Both the position numbers and the translations under genes were made by a program. From Spongospora subterranea f. sp. subterranea (lineage: Eukaryota), in NCBI GenBank assembly GCA_049724395.1, contig JAUGWO010000008.1, forward strand, positions 1-64,000: a DNA stretch of 64,000 bases, read 5' to 3'. The notes under the pieces were generated by a model that did no database searches, was not told where the DNA came from, and saw only the letters and a list, made by a program, of their open reading frames with translations. This document shows, piece by piece, positions 51,577-62,000 of the stretch (positions are counted from its first letter, which is position 1; every line of letters starts with the position of its first letter).

Positions 51577-52060
51577 ATCTCTTACACATTTCATACATCC
51601 AGAATTCGGCTTTGACTTTCCCGCCCACTCAACATTTGAGCAACCCGATAATGGCGTCGTGTAATACTTCAGATTCGAGTACTTCTCGAAGAAACTGGGG
51701 AAATTAGTGGTATGGAGTCGCTGACAATAGCGACAAATAACACAAACACAATAAAATATCGGATGGATGTAATACCGATGACCGCGTCAATCAATTTCCG
51801 CGGCCAGTGATGCAGTCGAATTCGGCTTTTCGCTTTTCGAAAATTTTACGACGTCGAGAACCAGGAATCGTCCATTAGGTCGGCGACCCAGGGCCACATG
51901 TGTCCAATATTGCAGATGAAAGAATCCCTCGCCAATCTCTTTAAATCTCTTCAACTCTTTTGTTGGTGTCTTGTTTACCCGGGGACGAGAACGTCAGGCC
52001 CATGACAACGAAGAAGACAGCGGCGGTAGTGATCATCATCAAACGACATATAGAGACATG
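51577..52060 (-). pseudogene. Decayed 5' half of an MBL-fold paralog (similar to copy 2)
   Basis: TTAAVFFVVMGLTFS signal peptide; acgacgtcgagaaccaggaatcgtccattaggtcggcga is identical to the 50594-50632 segment; frameshifted. Confidence 0.8.
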
Positions 52061-52280
52061 ATGGGATATGAATTCAGACACCTGATTGTCACCAGGGTGA
52101 CATCGTTGAGAATTTTTCACATTACTCACATGCCCATATTGCACCACGGAAACGCTTTGAAAGCTTTCAATAACGAGATACAAACAAGTAACAGATCAAA
52201 TGATTTGCGTTTTGTCATCGCGTGTCTGGACAAAACCAAATACGGCTACAGTAAACTGTAAACGGCCATGTTGGTGAATT

Positions 52281-53268
52281 ATGTTGCCGTGCGCGGCCCT
52301 CGTCCCGGGTCATTTGACTCAAATGACTCAAATGACCAAGTTTGAATCGTGTGGCGTTCCTTCTGAGGGCTTACGGCTGAAACATTTCGTCGAGATTGGC
52401 GATGGGTTCTTTCATCTGCGGGCGCCGTTCTGGCGGAAATTCTTTCTGAATATCGGGACTCATATGGCGCTCTGCCGGACCACCAGCGGACGGTTCCTCG
52501 TCCTTGATACTGTGAAACTTTCTCCTGGGCAAAAGGCTGATATCGATTTGCTCACCGATAATGGGAACCTGATTGACGCCGTCATAGGTAAACAGAACGC
52601 CATAGATTTGTGATCATTCCTTGATATTATCGCCCAGGGACCCATCCGTATCACACTCTGTTTTTCCGAGATTTTTATTCAATGTATCCCAACGCTCAAT
52701 ATTTTGGAACCCCACGACACGTTCGCAATTTCCCTGATATTCCATGGGCGAAGAATAGCATTAACGATCCGGAAACTCTCAAGAAATGTGAAGAAAATTG
52801 GCTGTGGATTATAGTAGTTTCTCGCTAATTTTTGGGTTGTTTTTAGGGGAGCCTGATGTATCAATGCGCATTCCATCTGGATCGGAATTTGACAATCCTC
52901 AACCAGAAGACACTAATCATTTCTCAAACGTTGTGGTTTTCCATCGAAAAAGCAAGACTGTGTTCAACGACGACACGCTTATTTATTTCAACCTATCACC
53001 CCTGAACCCGATCCGATTGGCAGCGCCAACAGGTCTGCGCTTTCATCCATCCTTGACCACGGTTGGTCTTTATCCCACTAAGGAGGCGCCACAGCAGTTC
53101 AAGCAATGGATGAAGGATCTGCTGAACGATTGGCAATTCGCTAATCTTTGCACGGCGCATAACGATAATATCATTGGCCATGCTCATGAAAAAGTATCGC
53201 ATCTGTTGCAGAAAGTCGATAAGACTCTTGATGATCTGTCCAAGAAGTATGAAAATGACAAATCATAA
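52281..53268 (+). CDS. MBL-fold (DUF4336-like) protein, copy 3, 3 exons (start uncertain)
   Basis: HFVEIGDGFFHLRA, IGTHMALCR, THPYHT, FHRKSKTVFNDDT, DWQFANLCTAH. Confidence 0.75.
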
Positions 53269-54139
53269 AGTGTTTGTGAATGTTTTGAAGAATGGAATAT
53301 GATCGAAAGGTATTCAATAAAAATAATCATATTTCAACGGTTTTGTTTCTCTTTGTCTCTGGGCGATTTTTTTTTTATCTGGGCGGTTAAAGCAATAGGA
53401 TGGTACAACTTCTAGAGCTTATCGCTCCAGATATGAACACCATCGGTCTTGAAACCATGATTTGAACCAATAATTAGATTGCCGTTGTCTGTAGTCGTTC
53501 TCAACGGCCGTCGATGCGGATAATGCTTAATCTGGCAATAGCTCCACAGCAACATTTTACCAGGGGTTCACGGCCACGATGACATCAGTGACTATTGAAA
53601 AAAAAAAACAGAATCCTAAATTTTCGCTCAAATTTGAATGGCAGAATAACAGTTCCATTAGAAACGCAATGATGGCATGTTCGAGGTGCCCTAACACTAT
53701 TTTCTATTAATAAGTAGCAAACCTTCATGCGAAGGTCCCGATTATTGATTTCAAACTCAAATTTTTGCTTGACAATACTGAACTATTCACCCGATATATT
53801 TAGTACAACTTTTCGTGACGTGATAATGATTGCCCACAGCCGAATGGAACCAAACCCGGCTATGTGAAACTAGGAAGATACTGTACCGCTAAGCAGCAAC
53901 CTAAACTCAATCCGTTCGAATTATGAGAAAAATGGTAAATCCGTCTAGAACATGCCTTGAAGGTGATTGGAGCTCATTATTCCAAATTCGCAAATCAGTG
54001 ATAATCGAAACATTGCATATAATTTCATTGCATAAATTTCGTGATTCCATTAATTTTCTGATTGATCGCTCGTGTCCAAGTCTTCGCATCGGACCGTAGC
54101 GCCATAAATATAAAATAGTCCGAGAGATCCATTGGAGAA

Positions 54140-54956
54140 ATGGGTCGCGATGACGATCGCAATGGCGGCGGCATTATTCCCGACCTGTCCACGATCGATG
54201 CGTCGCGCCTGGCGCCAATCCTGGGCATCTATGGGGCGCCACAATCGTCGCGTTCGCAGCCCGATTACCTGTTCCCCGTCCAGCACCAGCGCTCGCTTTT
54301 CCAGCAAATGACCCTGAATTGCGGTCTGAGTTATGGGAGCGGTCTTGTCCTTGGTGGCCTGTATGGCGCTGCTTTAGGTTTACGCTCGAAGGACGCCACG
54401 AATCTGAAACTTCGTGTCAATGCCATTTTGAACGGTGCTGGAAAACGTGGAGGCAGTTTCGCCAACTCATTCGGCACCATGGGTAACGTGATCACCGCGG
54501 TAACGACGTCCTTGCTGTTACAGTCCTGATATCTGGCTGTTCTCGTAGCGTTGTTCTATACGTGTTTTAACAACGGCCTGGCCACAATAAGAGACCGATC
54601 TGATGTCTATAATGAGATTGGAGGAGCGATGTTAACTGGCATTGTCTATAAGTCCACTCGTACGTTCATTGCCGTTCAGCCATTGAAGTGGTTTTATTCT
54701 CTGTTAGTCGGTCTTAACTGTAATTATCAGTATCTGTTCAACCCAATGTCGTACCATAAGATTTTTTAGCTTTTGGACTCGTTTAAGTAAATTTTGACCT
54801 AATCAAATTGCTGCGTTCATAGGCGGTGTACGAGCGGCGGCCGCGGCCGGTATTCTCGCTGGGAGCGCCTTCGGTCTCCTGGGTACTCTGCGACACCAGC
54901 TGGCGAAATCAGGGTCCGGCTCAACTCTTCTACAGTTTTTGCCCAAACTTGGCTGA
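54140..54956 (+). CDS. TIM23: Mitochondrial inner membrane translocase subunit Tim23, 3 exons
   Basis: CGLSYGSGLVLGGLYG, KLRVNAILNGAGKRGGSFANSFG, NEIGGAMLTGIVYKST; introns ~54483-54548 and ~54660-54822. Confidence 0.9.
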
Positions 54957-55499
54957 ACTCACCGCTGACGCGACAACTCACGTCTGGCAAACCCTTCCAG
55001 TATACATCTTATATCTTAAAATGGATTGTACATATTGACCACATCTCCGGTGTATATTGTCTGATCGGCCCAATATTGTCTTGAAATGGTGTAGAGCCAA
55101 ACAGGACAACAATTGCAATGCTAATTTTTTTCGTATCTTCGGTGAAATTGTGTGTTTTCTGTATATTTGACACATTGTTTCGATCCAGCGTTGTGTAGAT
55201 TGTAGAAATTGTGGTTTTTTAAAATTGCCAGCGGTATTTGAGTGTTGATGGTTGTAAATTATGAAACTTGAAACTCACCGTTTGGATTTCCATCAAGTGT
55301 CGTCGCAAATGAATATAAATGAATGAGCTGTTTATGGTGGTAACAACCATACGAGACCCTATCGTGGAACAGAGATTTCAGTGTTTTCTTGTCAAATGAT
55401 TAACCGAAGTGAAGAATGCCGGCTATAAATTGACCCGAATTAAAAGAAAATCCATGACATCGCATTCGCGCGTTATTTTTTCCTCTATAGACCAATAGA

Positions 55500-57620
55500 A
55501 TGCCATTATTAATGTGTCGGAACACAAGAATACTTTGCGTCTAGGTCGACCCACGATTTGAGGGCGATTTCCCAATGTAATGGCCTAAAGGGCCTTCGAC
55601 AAGCAACAGAGTAGAAACCAGCTCGTGAAGGACACCGCTCTCGTGCACGGTGCACCGTGATGGTCAATATTGGCCCACGTGTTATGTACAAAATAGTGAA
55701 CAGCGATTAAGTTTATGTCCTGGGTCAGACTGGGTCCCATAATTCTTAACCCCTCTTCTGGCGATATATAAACAGCATGAGATGGACCGGTATGATCAAC
55801 CTTCTCGGCCTTTTGGCTAAGATCAAGTGTAGTATCTGTTCTAGAACTCGTGATAAAGTTCTTGTTCCCACTGGGAACACTTTCACGACTATTTTTGATA
55901 CCGGTTCGTTTGTGGCTCTGGCTTGCCATCCACACGGGCGCACGTGATCTCTGCATTGCACTACAGCAGAGTGTCGCGGGTGCTCAATAACGCAACCATA
56001 ATACCCAAACTTTAATCAAAACGAACTTTGTTTCTCACAACTCATTGTTGCTGGAAAGTAAATCATACAGCATCGTTAGCGAATATCTGTCATGCTGGTA
56101 ATCTATCCCGATTCAAATTTGAGTACATCAGGCCGAAACCTAGCCCAACTGGTCGAAATCTTTCCAGACGCAAAATGGGCAACAAGGTTGGCTCTGGAAC
56201 ATTAATAATAGACCCACTCTCTAATCAGTGGTTCATATATCCAGAGGACATCATCGTCGGCTCTTTTTTTGTGGCGAGAACCCATTGGTGATCGCAGTCC
56301 TTCAATTTTATGGCCTCTAATGAATACTTTCAATTCTAACGCTCATATTATTAGGAGACGATGGTTGTTTTCCCTGTTCTCAATAAACAGGCACACGGCG
56401 GTAGAAATCCGGGCTTGGGCAGCGAGGCGGTCATACCTTGATCTGATCAAACGATGGGCATCGTCGAATATGTGTTGAATTGGTCAAATTGGGCATTGCC
56501 TTGTACGTAATCCGGCCAATTCAGGGCAATGGGGTTTGCCTTGATAGTCACCGCGTTTCTGCCAGGACTATCGTGGGTTGAGTGACATCGCGTTCAAAAC
56601 ACGTTGCCCTGAAATGGCCGACATTGCCGCTCAGTCGGTTCCTTGGTTGGCGCTCCTACGGCGGCATCCTCATCGGTGGTCGTGTGAATCCGATTGTCTT
56701 CCGTCCTCGGTGTCGATATACTGATAGATGCCGGCCTGAACAGTGACCGCGCCAACCTGGCAGTTATTAACGTCAAAAACTTGGCGATATAAAACGTCAA
56801 TCAGCTGCCTGACATCATCCTCTGACCAACCGACTATCTCGGTGTCATCACTTGACGCCATTGACCTTGCTCATTGGCCCTTGCTCAGCGGATGCGTCTC
56901 CAACCTGACTCGTAGTCGGCGTTCGGGCCCTTAGCGAGCGCCAAGATCAATGAGGAACCCTTTGACGTGTTGAACAGCGCTCGTAGCCTCTGTGACGCCG
57001 TTATTATCGCCATGGTCAGGGTCAGTCAAATCGCATATTCAAGGAACATTAGCCAGGACCTTGATTCATTCATTGGTCGTGGCTCGTCCATGCATCCTTG
57101 CCCGAGACCCGATATGGCATCACAACGGGTTCGATCGTGGTGCGCTCTCGATCGAGATCCCCGATACATCGCAGAGGCGGGACCCTGGTCCCCAGAGATC
57201 AGGTCTCGTTTTCTGCCTCCTGACTTTCGTTGGTACTGCTTCTCTGCAATTTCCAATACCTGGTGCATCATCTCAGTAAATGATGGGGCGTCGCCTATGT
57301 CTCCGGCCCCTCGATCCATCTTGGCCGTTATCGGCGTTGACCTGCTCGTCGCCACCGTTGGCGGTCCCTCGACCAACGCCACTTTTGACGTCTTCGTTCG
57401 GGGCTCCATTTCACTCGTGTTAACTATCATCTGGGATCCGGTCGCCCTAATTCCCTTGGTCGTTCACACCGTCCTGTTCCCGCCTGGACGACTTGCCTGA
57501 TCCTCCTGCAATTGGTTCTGCTGGTGTCTGCCCTCTCCACTTCAGTCGTCGTCATTGTGCTTGCGGTGGTTGGACTCGTCTATTCAAAGAATGAAATCAT
57601 CCGATGCTCATCTCTCTGGG
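55500..57620 (-). pseudogene. Highly degenerate coding relic, possibly Ty3/gypsy gag-protease
   Basis: Fragmented minus-strand ORFs; LESGSIINV (~56200-56225) resembles the retropepsin LDSGSxIN motif; no RT motif recognised. Confidence 0.3.
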
Positions 57621-59049
57621 ATCACCACGATTGCCTCACAGAGGTCCCAAAGGACAAGAGTATAAGAGCTTCCGCTACCGACAAAATACATATGTACATG
57701 AATATAATCCAATTATTGCCCTTAAGCCCATTATATCAACTTTCTTCACTTTACCCGATGTACTAGTTTTGGTAAAATGACAGGATCAATGCAGATAGGA
57801 CGATCGTGAAAGGCAATTACAAATGGCGTGAAAATTTTCCACCAGAAGGGTCAACAACATCTCCATATATTTCTCACACATTATCAAACCCTCCCAAACC
57901 CAAAGGCAGAATTCCATCCACTAGGCGTTCTCCCATTCGAGTTCACCCCTGTTATCAATCGTTTGAAGGCCCCAGAAGCAGCTGATTTCCAGACCGATAA
58001 ATTTGATATCAAACACATTTTCGGTTTTGAATGCTGCCAGGAAGACTTCGCGCGCTCTTGACAAGTCATTTCCAGTGCTTAACAGGCGAAAACATCAACG
58101 CTAAATTGGGCTAGTTTCCCATCTTCTTCTGCGACAAAACGGTCCATCATCGAATTGCACGAGCTAGTGGAGAGAAAACAATCGGCGGCATTGCCTATAG
58201 ACTAACGCCAGTTTTATCATCAATGACGCATTCTCGACTGAGGTTGGCGACCAACTCGATGTCATGGGGTCTGCCGAATCCAAGAGCGCATCAAGAGGCA
58301 TTGACAAACCCGTCGTCATAAACATTTCCTAAGCCATCAGGCTCAGCTTCGGAAACCTTGATCCAGTTTGTTTCCACTAGGCAACCAAAGAATGACCTGG
58401 TTTTTCTGTCATTGATGGAAAGTCGGATGAGATAGTACTGGTTGATGGCAAGAAAACAAATACCACATTGAATATGGACCATCGTTCTTCCTAACAATAG
58501 TATGCCCGAACTCGCCAATGTCTCCAACAGCTTTGATTTTATTAAAGATGTCGCCGCTGCTTCGCAGTGTGATTTACTATAGGTTTGAGGCGTTGGGTGG
58601 CAGGTTTTATTTTGGCGCCAACGGCAGAAATCTCATTCCACCCGGATCTGTTTCAAACATGGAGTCACTTCCTTTAAGGAATCATCAGATTGAATTGCTT
58701 GATATATTGATTTATCTCTCCGGTGGCAGATACAATCCCATTATGGGACACCAAGACCACAAAGGGCTTTAATCAATACGGGATCTGATCAAAATTCGCT
58801 GCAGGTTTTTGGACACAAAAACAATGTGACCGTACAGAAATGATGAGGGATAATGAAACGGACAGGTTTTCGATAGGAATGGAATTCAGCACTCAACAAT
58901 GTTGTTGGGAAATTTACAAGGGGCAACTACACCTCAATAAAGCGACACTTTATGAACATCATTCAACAAGGGCGGCCATTATTCGCTCATGACGTGTGTT
59001 GTCTTCAAAAACAAGTTTATTTTGACACGAACAAATCATAATCAGGCGT

Positions 59050-62000
59050 CTAAACAGTGAACTGGGAATTGAGCTGTGCATCAGACACAAAATGACCTCC
59101 GGCTGAACAGCGCCAACCACCACCCTGCTTGTACCATTGATATCCGGCTGGGCATGGGCACATTCGCCGGATCCGTTCTTGGATAGCCGCCTGACGACGA
59201 ACCTCCTCCGCAAGAGCAGCCGCCGCTTTTCGACGAGCTTCTTCTTCTTCAGCCAGCTCAGCATCGCGTTTAAGCTTTGCCATGTGCGCTTGATGCTCTT
59301 TTTTGGCTAGTTCCAGCTCCTGCCAAATTGCTTCATCAACCCCTGGGTCTCTCTCGCATTCGCTTTCTTCCTCGTTTGAATTTTCCCCCTCGAATTTCGC
59401 GCTGTCCTTTTCAACCTCAACAACGCTGGGCGTTTCCGATCGTTCCTCCGTCTGGTGTTGGACTGGTCCCCCATTGATTGTCGGCGCCGACAAGAACGGA
59501 AGGTCTGGCGGTGTGCGGGATTTAATCATATCGGATATCGCGTCGGCAACGTCCTCAAACACGATATGCTTCTCGAGTTCGGGAGCATTGACGACTCTGC
59601 TTGCACGGATTTCAAATATCTCATTCCAGATTTTATCGACATCACGACCGTTTCCGAACCCGGGCAATTTCCGAATCTTGGCGAACCCGTCGGCAAGGAC
59701 TTCGTCGACCCCATCAAGTGAGAAATTTAGTTTTGCGGCACGGTCAAACATAAATTTCATGCAATCCTCCACCTCCCAATCTGGAAAATCAATATAATTA
59801 TTGAAGCGCGATTTGAGACCCGCGTTTCGATCGAGCATGGCGTCCATATCTTTCGGGTAGCCGGCCACAATTACCACCATTCCACTGTACTCTGGACTGG
59901 TCATTGCAGCGACGAGGGACGTCTGTGCTTCCTTCCCGTATGCACCGCAGCCGAGCTCATAGGCTTCGTCAATGAATAACACAGAACCCTTCGCCTCATT
60001 CATGCGTTCTTCAAGCTTTTTCTTTGTCTGACCGAGATATTCGCCTGTTAAATCAAGCGCCGATGTCTCAACAAGATTGTCAGACTGACAAACGCCAATC
60101 CGAAGCAAAATTTTCGCCATGACGCGCGCAACGGTGGTTTTGCCTGTTCCTGGACTGCCTCGGAACACGAAATGCCCAGCCCTGGGACTTTCTTCGCCCT
60201 CGTCTCTGGCCACTTTCAAGGCATTCATGATTGAAGTTAACTTCCTTCTAATTCCATCAACGCGATATAGACCGTCTAGAGCCGCCAAAGGATCGCTGCC
60301 GTCATCGTCGTCACCGGTATCTATGTCTTCCGGTGCTAGCGCCAAATGTTCGTGGTGATCAGCACGTGAGGTGGCATTGGCAATGGCGCTTCTTAATAAC
60401 TGAAAAACGGACCCCGCATTACCAAAGTTCGAAAGCTGGCGCTGTCGTGAAAGAACTCGTACAGCCTTTTCGGCAACCTCATATGTCCCAGTTACGCTTT
60501 CGTCAGCGCATCGCTTGTTCCATAGTTTCAGCAGCTCGGCGTCGTTGTAGTCTTCGAACCGGAACGCATATTCTTGAGGGAATCGTCTGGCCAAACCTGG
60601 ATTCTGATCGCGGATCATTTTCAGCATTTGAGGTTCATATCCTAGAAGCAGAACTGCAATATCGTCCGTGCTCGAACCAGAAACTTTCTCGACGATAACA
60701 TCAATGGCTTGTTTCCCATACAAGTTATCATCCAAGTTATAGGCTTCATCAATAACGAGCACCTTTCCTCGAGCTCCATCGATCACTTCGCCGGTTTTTT
60801 TCTGTGATTCACCAACATGAGATCCGACAAGGTCGCTGGCCGTTTTTTGAACTACATCTCCAATCGATAGAAACCCGAGATGTTTCAGTAGTTCTCCATA
60901 GATGGCAGCGCAGGTTGTCTTTCCTGTACCCGGCGACCCTAAAAACAATCTGTTAAACAAGAGAGGCCGTGGTGGATGACCTTTGATCTCGAGTTCGTAA
61001 TTCGTTGAGCAGAGTTTGATTATTTGCTGGAACGATCGCTTGATCGATTGCCATCCGATTTGGCTGTTTACTCTCTTCATTAACTGGATTACTTTCGTGT
61101 TCGTAGTGGGATCTTCGCCAATGACGTCCCGCATTTTAAGCTGCATGTTTCTAGCATCGAAATCCTCACGGGATGTCGCCGAACGAATGGCTGCCTCTAG
61201 CATTTTACGACAGGCGCGAGCGTTGCCGAATCCTTTACGGCCGACTGATTTGGCGAGACGTTTAGACGCAATTGTGGCAATATCTTCGTCGGGACTCCAT
61301 TCTCGTTCAAGGACCGCAGTCTCCCATATAACTTTCAGCTCACTCTCGTCAAAATCGTCGAAAGTGACTTCTGCAAAACGACTTTTCAACCCTTCATTGT
61401 AGCTGAAAAGCTTCTTGGTCATATCGTCTTCATAGCCAGCAAGAATAATGGAAAGGCGATCTCGACAATTCTCAGATATCGTCAACAGTTCCGACACAAT
61501 CGGTTTTCCCTTGAAATCACCTGCGGGGTCAAGATCGTACGCCTCGTCAATGAAGAGAACACCTCCTTCAGCAGATTTCACCAACTTGCGGAACTGGTCA
61601 GGGCCGTCGTCTTTCAGTTTTTGCGCAGAACATTCGATGAAAGTATCTGACGTTCGCATCCCTGAATCATGCAATATTCTCGCGTACAGTCTTGCAACTG
61701 TCGTTTTACCTGTGCCTGGGTTGCCGAAAAACACAAAATTCAATGCCATCATGTTCTTCTTTCTGGCACTCGCATTCATTTGTTTGAAAACCAAAGCGGT
61801 CTTGAACCATTCCACAGCCCCGACCTTGATTCGTTGCAGACCAATCATGTCGAGCAGCTCCTCGATGGCGTCGGACGAGCAACCGTGGGTCCGCTTCAAT
61901 TCATTCCATCGCGACCGCGCATTAGCGTTTGCAATCGGTGCTGTATTAGACACAGATGGATTTGATACGGAAACAAGATCTCTTTCAGAAGTTGTCATCC

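Noticed and set aside
57820..58780. Degenerate minus-strand coding-like sequence
   Set aside because: Multiple stops and no motif I can assign.
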